DNA from: a virus
DNA: 64,000 nt
IMG/VR virus record: IMGVR_UViG_3300028920_000052
Coordinates: 33,596-97,595 of that record
Strand: one strand, 5' to 3'
The notes beneath the pieces are model-generated. The model was not told the DNA's origin. It saw nothing but the letters and a program-made list of their open reading frames with translations, and did not search any database. A program made the translations under genes and the position numbers. Below, piece after piece: positions 26,935-37,273 of the stretch (position 1 is its first letter; each line of letters starts with the position of its first letter).

Positions 26935-28149
26935 ATGAGCAAAACAAATGATGAAAGTAAAGGACTGTTAGGAGAAGTTGATTTTGGGGATCTTATTGAG
27001 CCTCATTCATCTATAGCAGCCGATGAAGAATTTCCTAGTATGGGAAATGATTTTTTTGAACAACCAGCATTTCAAGATATAGATGCTGGTACTGATGCAG
27101 ATAGTTCTTTGACAGATGATATTGAGTTAGATCTGGATAAAGAGGATAAGAAGAAAGTTGAGAAGAAAGTTGAGACTACCAAGGAAAACTTGGAAGATGA
27201 TACTGAAACAGAAAAAACACCTCCTTCTCACGATGATGCTGAGTCCAACTCTCAGCTTGCTCTTGTCTTTGCCAGGTTTCTAAGTGAGAAGGGGGTTATT
27301 TCTGATGTTAATGAAGATGAGTTCAAAGAGTACGTAAAAGAAAATGGAGATGATGCTGGTCTTGAATATCTATATAATACAGAGGTTGAGACTAGAGTTG
27401 AATCTATTAAAAGTATGTATGAACAAGATGTTAAAGACTATATAGAGTTTAGAGATGCTGGTATTTCACCAGAAACTGCAAAAACTCTAAGTTTCTCTAA
27501 AAGTAAATTTGAAAGTATTACTGAAGATGATTTAGAAGAAAATGAAGATTTAAGAAAAGAAGTATTGGAACAACATTTAAAAAATACTACTAAATTTACT
27601 AAAGAAGAGATTGAAGATACAATAGATTCTATGGTTGCTACAGGTAAAGATGCTACTAAAGCTAAAACAGCTTTAAAAGCAATTAATCTTTATAATAAGG
27701 AACAGGTAGAATTAGAGAAGAAAAAGATTAAAGAATCTGAAGAAATACAGTTAAAACAACAAGAAGATAATATTAATAAGTTTAAGGCTGCTATCTATGA
27801 AAAGAAAGAGATACTTGGTCAAACTGTTAATAAGCAAACTCTTCAGAAGATAGAGAAATTTTTACTAAACCCTGCAGAAAAAGATCCTAATGGTAATCCT
27901 GTAGATGGTATTACAGCATGGTTTATGAAAGATCCTGTTAATGCTAGAATTAAATTAGCATATGGTATTATGACAGGACTACTTGATGGTAAGATTGATA
28001 ATTTGAAAACTAAGGCTAAATCAGCAACTATCAAGGATATTGAAGCTGCTCTTAATGGTAAGGGTGGTATGTTAGATGGACAGTCAGATAGAGGTGGTGA
28101 GAAGGGAGAAGGTTTATCAGCTCTCAAATCAGCATTTAGACTAGATTAA
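26935..28149 (+). CDS. acidic head assembly/scaffold-like protein
   Basis: very acidic N-half, directly upstream of MCP as in crAss-like phages. Confidence 0.7.
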   Translation: MSKTNDESKGLLGEVDFGDLIEPHSSIAADEEFPSMGNDFFEQPAFQDIDAGTDADSSLTDDIELDLDKEDKKKVEKKVETTKENLEDDTETEKTPPSHDDAESNSQLALVFARFLSEKGVISDVNEDEFKEYVKENGDDAGLEYLYNTEVETRVESIKSMYEQDVKDYIEFRDAGISPETAKTLSFSKSKFESITEDDLEENEDLRKEVLEQHLKNTTKFTKEEIEDTIDSMVATGKDATKAKTALKAINLYNKEQVELEKKKIKESEEIQLKQQEDNINKFKAAIYEKKEILGQTVNKQTLQKIEKFLLNPAEKDPNGNPVDGITAWFMKDPVNARIKLAYGIMTGLLDGKIDNLKTKAKSATIKDIEAALNGKGGMLDGQSDRGGEKGEGLSALKSAFRLD

Positions 28150-28189
28150 TAATAGAAACTATTTACTAACAATTTTTAAAAAATAAAAA

Positions 28190-29692
28190 ATGAGTGTTAA
28201 AATGTCAAAACTCCAAATTCTAGATCCTTCATACTGGGGAAAACTTACCAGAGAAGAGCATTTAGGTTGGATGGGTATGCAAGACCCTCAGTGGATTTCT
28301 AAATTCATTGATAGGGTATATGAAGTGAACTATGGGGCTGATAATATCGTGTCTTTTATTGACAGGTTCCCATTAAGGTATCTTGATGATGATACTCCTT
28401 TCCGTTGGGCTTTACAAGGTTCAGAAGAAAGGAATATACAACTTATTGCTGCTACTGTAAGTGCCAGTCCTACTGGTACACAAATTACAGATTCTACACA
28501 AGCAGGACTAGGTTTTGGTGAATTTTATATGTGGTTTGCTGAAGATTTCTTTAGTGCAACTTCTGTAATGGTAGGTCATCACCCTGAAAAGTATTCAGTG
28601 CGTGTAATGACTGATGCAATACAAGCTGGTGGATACTATGGTTATAGGTGTCAATTAGTAACTGGAGATCCTACTAAGTATATTGATGGAGACGAAGTTG
28701 CTGCTGGTACACTGTGGTCAGAAGAATATGGATTAGTTGAACAGACACTTTCTGTTCGTGGTAATGAACCTAAACATGCTAGTCACTTTGTAATGGAGAA
28801 TACTTTCTCTATGATTCGTAAGAATTATGAAGTTCCTGGTAATATGATTCGTAAAGGTAAAGTTGCTCCTCTAGCTTTCAAATTTCTAGATCAGAATGGT
28901 AAAGAGCATGCTGCTTGGATTTCTAAACTTGAGTGGGATTTCTTAACTCAATTCCGTAGGGATAAAGCACGTTTACTTCTGGGTGGTAAATCCACTAAAA
29001 TGGATGATGGTAACTATTCACTGAAAGGTGAAAGTGGTAATGTTATCAAAGCTGGGTTTGGATTGTATGAGCAAATGGAAGGTTCTAATCTTCTTTTCTA
29101 CAATGACTTTTCACTGAAGGCTATTACTGACTTTGCTATGGATATTTCTGTAGGTAAAGTACCTGAAGACAAAAGGATGCTAGTTCTTTCTACTGGTGAA
29201 TATGGTGCATATCAAGTTCATACTGCTTTAGCAGAAAGAGGTGGAGAAATTCCTTGGCTACGTAGTGATCATAACCTTGCAAAAATTGAAGGTAATAAGA
29301 TGAAACTTGCAGAAGGACAATTTATTGAGTATGAATTTATCAACGGAATTAAGTTTAAGTTGATGATTGACCCAATGAAAGATGATCCTGTACGTAATAA
29401 GATTCGTCACCCTAATGGAGGTTTGGCTAGTTCTTATATTTATGATATTTGGGACTTTGGTACAACTAACGGTAAAGCTAATATTCAAAGAGTAGCTGTA
29501 AAAGGAGATGAAGAAATCTACAGGTTTATTCCTGGAATGCGTGACCAGTTCACAGCATATAACAATCTTTCAGCTCCTGCTGCTACTTCTTCTTTGAAGG
29601 ATGGATACGTAGTTGGTAAAATGTATCAAGGCGCAATTCAATTGAACAATCCTCTTAAGGCTGGTAGGATTATTCCTACTATCTTACGATAG
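28190..29692 (+). CDS. major capsid protein
   Basis: 500 aa, WGKLTREEHLG N-terminus, biased codon use, followed by a strong terminator; crAss synteny. Confidence 0.88.
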   Translation: MSVKMSKLQILDPSYWGKLTREEHLGWMGMQDPQWISKFIDRVYEVNYGADNIVSFIDRFPLRYLDDDTPFRWALQGSEERNIQLIAATVSASPTGTQITDSTQAGLGFGEFYMWFAEDFFSATSVMVGHHPEKYSVRVMTDAIQAGGYYGYRCQLVTGDPTKYIDGDEVAAGTLWSEEYGLVEQTLSVRGNEPKHASHFVMENTFSMIRKNYEVPGNMIRKGKVAPLAFKFLDQNGKEHAAWISKLEWDFLTQFRRDKARLLLGGKSTKMDDGNYSLKGESGNVIKAGFGLYEQMEGSNLLFYNDFSLKAITDFAMDISVGKVPEDKRMLVLSTGEYGAYQVHTALAERGGEIPWLRSDHNLAKIEGNKMKLAEGQFIEYEFINGIKFKLMIDPMKDDPVRNKIRHPNGGLASSYIYDIWDFGTTNGKANIQRVAVKGDEEIYRFIPGMRDQFTAYNNLSAPAATSSLKDGYVVGKMYQGAIQLNNPLKAGRIIPTILR

Positions 29693-29701
29693 ATTAATAT
29701 T

Positions 29702-29744
29702 ATGCTTGGAGAGTGGGATTTTTTCCCACTTTCCTTGCATTTTT
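29702..29744 (+). terminator. intrinsic terminator after MCP
   Basis: GGAGAGTGGGA...TCCCACTTTCC stem extended by ATGC/GCAT, then TTTT. Confidence 0.8.
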
Positions 29745-29802
29745 AAAATAAAAGTTATAACTTGGCAAAAATTTTAGTATTACTAATTTTAATAAATTTA
29801 TT

Positions 29803-30687
29803 ATGATTTCAACAGAGCAAGCAGTGAAGCAAGGATTTTTAGAAGACAAAGTGGTTTATTTAAAGCCTGTACCTCGTGGAGGAGAAATGATAAAAGATCC
29901 TACACACATAGCATTTTTTAAAATGGAAGGAGCTTCAGATACATATCCACTAAAGATGGATGACGTTACTAAAAGAATTATAAACCCTTTTCGTAACGCT
30001 AAAGAAATGGAATACTTCTCAGAAGTTATGGGAGAGGATTTAAATCCATATAAAAAAAAGAATGAATTTTGGATGGGATTTTCTGTTAAGATTACAAAGA
30101 GTCCAGAATTAATGCAAATAGGAAAAAGATTTGATTTATCTGAGCCTAGAGAAATGTTAGAATATCTTGTACTAAGAACTTGGAAGAAAGAAATTGGTAC
30201 AGATTGGGAAAAAAGAATGAATGGATTTAGATATTGTTTTGTAGATTCTGATTATGAAGAACAGAAAGCTGTAAGTGAAATGGATTTTACTTTAAAAGTA
30301 GGAGAAATTTATGGAATGCTACAGAGTAAACCTTCTGAAATGAAAGACTTTATTAATATATATTACCAAACTAAGCACAAGAATAAAATTGTTCCAGAAG
30401 ATGCTGAAATGAACTTCTTGAAAAAAGAACTAAAGACCATCATTGATGATGATAAGCAGGGATTTGTAAAAATTTATGATGATGCACAATATGCTACAAA
30501 AGTACTTATTGCTAAAGCTATTGCAAAAGGAGCTATTTTAAGAAAAGGTGTTGGTATGTATACTATTACAGGACTTAATGTGGAATATAATTATAATGAA
30601 TTAGTAGCACAGATGGATGAGTGGGGCAAAACTAAAACTGAACCTATCTATGCCAGAATTATAGCAACTGTAAAGAATAAAAACTAA
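29803..30687 (+). CDS. conserved crAss-like protein downstream of MCP
   Basis: 294 aa; synteny. Confidence 0.65.
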   Translation: MISTEQAVKQGFLEDKVVYLKPVPRGGEMIKDPTHIAFFKMEGASDTYPLKMDDVTKRIINPFRNAKEMEYFSEVMGEDLNPYKKKNEFWMGFSVKITKSPELMQIGKRFDLSEPREMLEYLVLRTWKKEIGTDWEKRMNGFRYCFVDSDYEEQKAVSEMDFTLKVGEIYGMLQSKPSEMKDFINIYYQTKHKNKIVPEDAEMNFLKKELKTIIDDDKQGFVKIYDDAQYATKVLIAKAIAKGAILRKGVGMYTITGLNVEYNYNELVAQMDEWGKTKTEPIYARIIATVKNKN

Positions 30688-31343
30688 TGACTGCTGCTGA
30701 ACTAAGTACAAGGTTTGATATAGAGTTAGATGCTGTTGCAAGTGCAGCAGCACCTGGCTTTACTGATGATGAAAAGAGTTCTCTTCTTACTAAAGCTCAA
30801 AACATACTTATTCAAGAGTATGCTAGAGCTAAGAATTGGAATGCTATTTATACATTGGTACAAACAAGTACTACTTCAGATATATCAAGTATTACTGCTT
30901 ATGGGACTAAAGCCACTTATATAGATTTAAATACAGTATATTCTGATTTTAGATATTATGTTTCTTCTAGAGCGCAACTTACAAGAACTTATCCGACAGT
31001 TTCAGAACAAAAGGTAGAGTGTGAACTTATTGAAAGAGATGCTATTTCTAAATTTATAGTTGCTACAGGAATAAATACACCATACTTTAAATATCCTAAA
31101 GTAGTTTTAGAATATAGTTCTGGTAGTAGTTATCCTATTTTAATTATATTAGTTGATAATTATACTACAGTAATAGAAGCAAATTTTGAACTTACATATG
31201 TAAGAATTCCTAATGATATTGATATTGATGAAAGTGTAACATCAGAATTACCAGAAAATTTACATAAGGATATAGTAAGTTTAGCAGTACAAGAAGCAGT
31301 TAGGTCACTTTATATTTCAAAAACACCTTTAACATCTAAATAA
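30687..31343 (+). CDS. tail ring protein (paralogue 1)
   Basis: MTxxE...F start, YVRIP, ELPENLHKDIVSLAV end. Confidence 0.7.
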   Translation: MTAAELSTRFDIELDAVASAAAPGFTDDEKSSLLTKAQNILIQEYARAKNWNAIYTLVQTSTTSDISSITAYGTKATYIDLNTVYSDFRYYVSSRAQLTRTYPTVSEQKVECELIERDAISKFIVATGINTPYFKYPKVVLEYSSGSSYPILIILVDNYTTVIEANFELTYVRIPNDIDIDESVTSELPENLHKDIVSLAVQEAVRSLYISKTPLTSK

Positions 31344-31345
31344 TA

Positions 31346-32047
31346 ATGACAGGATTAGAAATGCAAATAGAGTTTGAGAGGTTACTTTATACCTCTAATC
31401 CAGAGTACTCAACTTCACAGAAGTTGGATACTGAAGAGATATTTGCATACCTTAACATAGCACAACCTAGAGTTATGAAGGCTAAGTATTTTCCTACTTC
31501 TAATATATTAGAGAATGTTAAGATTATTCAGAGTAATGTTGAGGATTTGAGAAACATGATAGTGAGGGAAACTTTAGATATAGATGATCCATCTGGTGTA
31601 CTTGACACACAATATGGATTTTTAGTAGCGTTACCAGATGATTATTTACATTATATAAGGAGTGATAGTAGTATTACTAGGAGTGGTGTACTTCCTACTT
31701 CTGGAGAAACTACTTCTGTAGTACCTAACAAGGTACTAGATTATAGTGAAGTAGATAAAGTAACCACTAATGTTTTTAATAAACCTATACTTAGAAAACC
31801 CTGTATAGTATTTGAAGAAGATAGTATTGTTATATTTAGAGATGCTTATACATCTTTTGTTGGTACGGCAGATAATTTATTTTTAACTTATCTGAAAACG
31901 CCTGATGACATATCACTGTCTGCTGAATGTGAACTAGCGGAATATCTACATGAAGAAGTTGTTGCTACAGCAGTAGATATATTTAGAAGAGAAAAGTACT
32001 TATTAACCTCAAAGGAGAATAAAGATGACAATAGGGGAAATGCATAG
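31346..32047 (+). CDS. tail ring protein (paralogue 2)
   Basis: MTGLEMQIEFER, YLKTP, ELAEYLHEEVVATAV. Confidence 0.7.
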   Translation: MTGLEMQIEFERLLYTSNPEYSTSQKLDTEEIFAYLNIAQPRVMKAKYFPTSNILENVKIIQSNVEDLRNMIVRETLDIDDPSGVLDTQYGFLVALPDDYLHYIRSDSSITRSGVLPTSGETTSVVPNKVLDYSEVDKVTTNVFNKPILRKPCIVFEEDSIVIFRDAYTSFVGTADNLFLTYLKTPDDISLSAECELAEYLHEEVVATAVDIFRREKYLLTSKENKDDNRGNA

Positions 32048-32663
32048 TGAGTTTGAAAGAAAACTTAGGAATTTAGATGTTGTCATAGATGCACCAACTT
32101 CTGAAATATCTAATATTTTCTATGAGGCACTATATAAATTTATAGACAAATACTATGAAACTTTTGAGGAAGATGAGAGAAGCAGAAAAGCTTTGAGTCT
32201 TCTTACTATAAATGATGCAGATGTAACTATTACAGATGCATCTCCTCAGATTGTACCAAATTCTTATAAGGCTACTATACCAACAGATCCAGAATTATTG
32301 TATACAGTATTAGAACTTGCTACAATAGATAGTAATGTAGTTATGGTAAAGCCTATAACTTTAGATGCTTACAGAACAAATTTGAATAATCCTTTTAGAA
32401 AGCCTTGGAAAAATTTAGTGTGGAGGTTAGATATTATTCCTAATGGAGATACTAAATATCATATATTAGTAGCAGATAGTACAGCAGAAATAACTAACTA
32501 TCAGTTAGGATATATAAAAGTACCAACTAAATATACTATAGAAGATGATTATGATGAAGAAATGGAAGTACCTGAGATATTTCAATACGAAATTATAGAT
32601 ATGGCTATAGAGATGTTTTTACAGAGCCATAATATTTTAAATAGTAACAAACAGAATGTTTAA
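32025..32663 (+). CDS. tail ring protein (paralogue 3)
   Basis: MTIGEMHSEFER, NPFRKP, YIKVP, EVPEIFQYEIIDMAI. Confidence 0.7.
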   Translation: MTIGEMHSEFERKLRNLDVVIDAPTSEISNIFYEALYKFIDKYYETFEEDERSRKALSLLTINDADVTITDASPQIVPNSYKATIPTDPELLYTVLELATIDSNVVMVKPITLDAYRTNLNNPFRKPWKNLVWRLDIIPNGDTKYHILVADSTAEITNYQLGYIKVPTKYTIEDDYDEEMEVPEIFQYEIIDMAIEMFLQSHNILNSNKQNV

Positions 32664-32680
32664 TCTAACAATTAATAAAA

Positions 32681-33496
32681 ATGACGTTAAGTAAAATTAA
32701 AAAATTTGGTACTAATTATGACTCTGATGAGATTGTAGCTAGAGCCAAAGATGTGAATCCAATTATAGATGTGGTTAATGCCATGACAGATGGTACTAGT
32801 ACTGCTGGAGCATTCTCTTCTATAACTGTGGATACAATTGCAGAAACTACTAGTGGTGGTGGAGTAACTATTGATAGTGTAGCATTAAAAGATGGTGGAA
32901 TTACTTTAACTACTTCTGGTGCAGGAACTGGATTTGCTGTAACATCTACAACACAAACAGCAACCAATCTATGTACTATTACTACAGCAACTGCTGTTAC
33001 CACAGCTTCTTCTTTGAGGGCAATGAATGTGGCTATGACTTCTTCAGGAGTTTCTACAACTAACATGATAGAAGTTGCTAAGTTTTCATTGACTTCTGCT
33101 GTTAAAAATGGTAACTGGATTAATGCTGTTGTTGGTCAGATAGATCTATCAACTGCTGGATATGCAACAGGACTTGCTGGTGTAATTTGTGGCGAACTAG
33201 ATTTACCTTCAACTAATCCTGCAGGAGGTGCTGGCACTTATACTGTATTTGAAGGGGAATTAAGTGTTCCTGCTACATTTACAAGTGATGTTCCTGTATC
33301 ATTTATTAACTTAAATGTTTGGGGAGATGGTGCTGCTACTTTTGATACCAATGGTTATATTATGGATATAACAGGTGTAACAGTGGCTTCAGGTAAAGTA
33401 TTTCAAGCAAATACAGCTGCGGCTGCAACTCATGCATTAAGAATTAGAGTAGCAGGAACACCTTACTACATAATGTTGACTGATTCTGGTGCTTAA
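32681..33496 (+). CDS. putative head/tail fibre protein
   Basis: T/A/G/S-rich beta-structured sequence. Confidence 0.6.
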   Translation: MTLSKIKKFGTNYDSDEIVARAKDVNPIIDVVNAMTDGTSTAGAFSSITVDTIAETTSGGGVTIDSVALKDGGITLTTSGAGTGFAVTSTTQTATNLCTITTATAVTTASSLRAMNVAMTSSGVSTTNMIEVAKFSLTSAVKNGNWINAVVGQIDLSTAGYATGLAGVICGELDLPSTNPAGGAGTYTVFEGELSVPATFTSDVPVSFINLNVWGDGAATFDTNGYIMDITGVTVASGKVFQANTAAAATHALRIRVAGTPYYIMLTDSGA

Positions 33497-33519
33497 TATT
33501 AACTAAAAACAAGAGCAAA

Positions 33520-33834
33520 ATGAAATTAAATGTGTTGGAAAGAATAGTAAGTTTAAGTGTACTTACTGAGTATAAAGAAGGAAATTTTATTACCTTTAAG
33601 ATGATTTCAGAATTAAAAAATAAACTAACTGTTAGTGAACAGGAAATAAAAGATTTTGATTTGAAGATTGATGGTAATAATTACACTTGGAATCATAAAG
33701 GAAATAAAGAAGTAGATATTGACATAACTGAAGGAGAGAAGAATTTAATAAAAGATTTACTTATTGCAAAAGATAAGGATAATAAACTTCTTGAACAGCA
33801 TGTGAATGTTTACAAAAAATTTGTTTTAGAATAA
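33520..33834 (+). CDS. hypothetical protein (possible fibre chaperone)
   Basis: 104 aa immediately after fibre-like gene. Confidence 0.6.
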   Translation: MKLNVLERIVSLSVLTEYKEGNFITFKMISELKNKLTVSEQEIKDFDLKIDGNNYTWNHKGNKEVDIDITEGEKNLIKDLLIAKDKDNKLLEQHVNVYKKFVLE

Positions 33835-33868
33835 TAATTTTTATTGTTGAATTTAATACTTTTAAAAA

Positions 33869-35419
33869 ATGATTAATGAAAAAAATGCAACTTACTGCTT
33901 TGTAGGAAATGTTGCAAATGGAATTGCTGATGATGCTGTATATACAGGAATGGCTGCTGGCTCAATTGCTGTAGTAAAAGCATTAGATAACAAAAATGAG
34001 GAGGATGCAATATCAGGATCTACTCCTGTACGTATAGTGCAGAAAAATACTGATGGTACTTATAAGTTCTCTCCTATATTTAGTTATGAAGATATTCAGA
34101 CAAAAGAGAGTGAAGATTTTGCTGCTAATACCCAGCAAGTAAGTTACTTTGGCTATGATGGTACAAGTAATACTACTGGATTTGGAACTCTTGTAGCTGG
34201 TGATACTTATACTCTAAGTATTATACTTAACCATAGTAGGAATACTTATAATAATGCTCCAGAGATTAAGACTGTACCTTTCCGTGCAACTTCAACTTCT
34301 CAAGCTGATTTAGCTAAAGGACTTCAAGAAAGTTTTATTCGCCAGTTTAGTACTCTTAGAGAGCCTAATCCAGTTATTAGGTGTGAAAGGGTTGCTGATG
34401 TTGCTAGTGTTGCTGTTTTAACTGATGATGCTACAATTTATAAATTAACTAAAGGTTCTACTTCAGTATCAGCTTATGTAAAAACTTCTGAAGCTAGTGC
34501 TGCTATGACAGCTAGTGAAGTTACTTTAACCGCTGGGGATATTATACATGTTGCTTCTAGTGGTGCAAGAACTTTTACATTTGATGCTACAGATGCCGAC
34601 CATGTAATTTTTATAGGAGAAACTTCTTATATAGTTGCTGATGCAGGTACTGCTGGAGATGGTAGTGATAACCAGGATGCTATTGTTGCTGCTATTAATG
34701 CAGGAACACAAGCTACTGCTGCTGCTAGTTCTACAGCTACTGTTACTATTACCTATTTGCCTGATACATATGCATTACCTCCAATGGTAATTTCTGATGC
34801 TGATGGTACACCTGCAACTGTGGCTGTTACTGCTGCTAGTGGGGATACTAAGCCTGTTTTATATAAAGTTGCTGCTAGCGTAGCTGATTCTGCTACTTTT
34901 GAATTAGATGTTCCTTTTCAGGGAGAAACTGGATATTTATGGGAAGGTACTGGAGCAACTACTACTAGTTCAATAGGGGCTGCTACTCTAACTACTGGTT
35001 ACTGGGGACTTAAATTTTCAGGACTTACACAACCATTTGATCCTATTAATGATAGTATGGTTAATCAATTGGTTCTTTTTGATGTTGTTTCAGCTGACTT
35101 TACGGATGTTACTGAGTACAAATCACAGAAACCTAAGTATGGTACTGGTACATGGCAATCAGTTGCTTATCAAGAATTCTATTCACAGTTCTTAACTCGT
35201 GATAGCATTAGGTCAACCAGACCTCTTACTAAGTACACCTTAGAAACTGACACGAATTCTGGATATGATGTTATTACAATAGCTGTTAGAGCATCTTCTA
35301 TTCAATTTGAAACAATTGGGCAAACTGTTAATTCTAATTTCAGATTAGTTATTGCTACTAAAGCAACTCCAACTGATCTTGATGGGGATGCTTTGCAAAC
35401 TGTGTTTGACGTATCCTAA
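33869..35419 (+). CDS. structural protein, possibly auxiliary capsid protein
   Basis: 516 aa, A/T-rich residues, followed by a terminator; position after ring proteins. Confidence 0.55.
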   Translation: MINEKNATYCFVGNVANGIADDAVYTGMAAGSIAVVKALDNKNEEDAISGSTPVRIVQKNTDGTYKFSPIFSYEDIQTKESEDFAANTQQVSYFGYDGTSNTTGFGTLVAGDTYTLSIILNHSRNTYNNAPEIKTVPFRATSTSQADLAKGLQESFIRQFSTLREPNPVIRCERVADVASVAVLTDDATIYKLTKGSTSVSAYVKTSEASAAMTASEVTLTAGDIIHVASSGARTFTFDATDADHVIFIGETSYIVADAGTAGDGSDNQDAIVAAINAGTQATAAASSTATVTITYLPDTYALPPMVISDADGTPATVAVTAASGDTKPVLYKVAASVADSATFELDVPFQGETGYLWEGTGATTTSSIGAATLTTGYWGLKFSGLTQPFDPINDSMVNQLVLFDVVSADFTDVTEYKSQKPKYGTGTWQSVAYQEFYSQFLTRDSIRSTRPLTKYTLETDTNSGYDVITIAVRASSIQFETIGQTVNSNFRLVIATKATPTDLDGDALQTVFDVS

Positions 35420-35426
35420 TTTCTAC

Positions 35427-35460
35427 AATAAAGGGAGATTAAACCTCTCCCTTTATTTTT
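35427..35460 (+). terminator. intrinsic terminator
   Basis: AATAAAGGGAGA-TTAAACC-TCTCCCTTTATT then T-tract. Confidence 0.85.
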
Positions 35461-35498
35461 ATTTTCTTTTCTTTAATACTTAGTTAAACAGTAAAAAC

Positions 35499-35837
35499 AT
35501 GTCAAAAGACAATCATACACATATAGAATCTGTTAGCAAGTATGCTTCAGATGCAATAACAGGAAAATCCTTTGGGGACAGAGGTACTGTATTATTAACA
35601 TCTACTTCTAATTATGGAGCAGGTGCTGGAGTAGCTCCTAATGGAAACTATTTTGGATTTATAGTAGGTTCAGACGGAGTAACTCTTACTTCAATAACTT
35701 TTAACAATAATATACATCAAACTTATTCAACTGAAACTATAGCAGATTTAGGCTTAGTTGAAGGACAATTTTATCCTTTAGAGGGAATACAAACATTAAC
35801 AATAACAGCAGGAGCATTATTACTGTATAAAATGTAA
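35499..35837 (+). CDS. small structural protein
   Basis: 112 aa beta-rich. Confidence 0.6.
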   Translation: MSKDNHTHIESVSKYASDAITGKSFGDRGTVLLTSTSNYGAGAGVAPNGNYFGFIVGSDGVTLTSITFNNNIHQTYSTETIADLGLVEGQFYPLEGIQTLTITAGALLLYKM

Positions 35838-35840
35838 AGC

Positions 35841-37271
35841 ATGTTAAGACTTGGATTAGGATTAAACATAAAAAGAGCTTTAGCAAATATTGTAAAAAAA
35901 TTAACTGCTTTGTATATTGCTAGAGTTACTACTGATAGTGGTACAACTAGGAGTGAAAGCAGTGTGTTAGATATATACCAATGGTTTAAAGACAATAATC
36001 TTTTAGACTACATCAAATTCCTATGGTTTGCGGAAGCAGGTATAAAAGTTGCTAATCCAACTGATACGTTAAAGAGGATAAGTAAAGGATACTCACTAGA
36101 TGCTACACCTAATGATTGGACACAAGGCACTGAAGGTAATCAACCCTATCTAAGTGGCGACATAGCCCCAACCGAAAAGTATGCGTTTAAAAACGTTGCA
36201 GGGTCGGAGCGATTTTTGGAGTTTACCGATTTAGTTTTTGGTAATGGCGACCCGTGGACGGTTACATTCGTGGGTAACTGGGATGGCTCGAACAATGCCG
36301 ATGCTGGATTAATAGGAAAAGGTAATGATAGTGCAGGGCTAATTTCTTTAAGAGATAGTTCAACCAACCGTTTCCGTTTCATTAATGATGCGGGGGCTTC
36401 AGTTGCGGGAAGTTTGCCAATTAATCATATTATAGGACAGAACACAATCGTTTCATTCGTGGCAGCTGGTGACGGTAGTCTAAAAATCTACATGGAAGGA
36501 GCCTTGTTTGAAACGTTGACGGTAGCAACGGGTGTAACTTTTGATAGATTTTTAAAGGCATTCAGCACAGCCAGCCGTGAGTTCTTTGGGAGGTGTCACC
36601 ATATCGAGGTGATGCACTATGCGTTAACCTCACTTATTAGCTCTTACCATGCTTTACTTAGGACTAAGTTTGCCAAGTTTGAAACAGTGCAAATCGGTAG
36701 CCAGTACTGGACAACAAGTGACTTTAATGGAGTTTGTGGGGCGAATGGAACGCTGATTCCTAATGTAACTGATGGAACGACTTGGGCGGGATTATCTACT
36801 CCTGCATGGTGTTACTATAATAATGACCCTGCTACTGGTGCAATATATGGTAAGTTATATAACTGGTATGCTGTAAAGCAATTACAGGATGATATTGATG
36901 CTTGGAATACTGCTAATCCTACTAATACGTTTGGGTATCATATACCTTCAAAAACGGAAGTTGAAACATTATCAACATCATTAGGAGGAGATTCTGTTGC
37001 AGGGGGCAAAATGAAGTTAGCAGGTACTACATTTTGGACTACTCCAAATACAGGGGCAGATAATGCCAGTGGATTTACAGCATTAGGAGCGGGAGTTAGG
37101 CTATTAAATGGGAATTACTCATTACTAAATCAAAGAGCATATATTTGGGCATCTGAACAATATAATGCAAGTAATGGATATTATTCCAGAGTTTTTTATG
37201 ACCAAGCAAGTTGTGAAGTGAATAATGTCGAAAAAATATATGGTTTTTCAATCAGACTACTAAAAGACTAA
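35841..37271 (+). CDS. fibre/receptor-binding protein: LamG-like domain plus C-terminal FISUMP (Fib_succ_major) domain
   Basis: TVQIGSQYW, PAWCYY, YGKLYNWYAV, HIPS, AGGKMK, SGFTALGAG, GFSIRLLKD. Confidence 0.82.
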   Translation: MLRLGLGLNIKRALANIVKKLTALYIARVTTDSGTTRSESSVLDIYQWFKDNNLLDYIKFLWFAEAGIKVANPTDTLKRISKGYSLDATPNDWTQGTEGNQPYLSGDIAPTEKYAFKNVAGSERFLEFTDLVFGNGDPWTVTFVGNWDGSNNADAGLIGKGNDSAGLISLRDSSTNRFRFINDAGASVAGSLPINHIIGQNTIVSFVAAGDGSLKIYMEGALFETLTVATGVTFDRFLKAFSTASREFFGRCHHIEVMHYALTSLISSYHALLRTKFAKFETVQIGSQYWTTSDFNGVCGANGTLIPNVTDGTTWAGLSTPAWCYYNNDPATGAIYGKLYNWYAVKQLQDDIDAWNTANPTNTFGYHIPSKTEVETLSTSLGGDSVAGGKMKLAGTTFWTTPNTGADNASGFTALGAGVRLLNGNYSLLNQRAYIWASEQYNASNGYYSRVFYDQASCEVNNVEKIYGFSIRLLKD

Positions 37272-37273
37272 CT

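Noticed and set aside
20621-29692. Introns or inteins in TerL, portal or MCP
   Set aside because: Frames are uninterrupted, lengths are typical, and no intein termini or group I core motifs were seen
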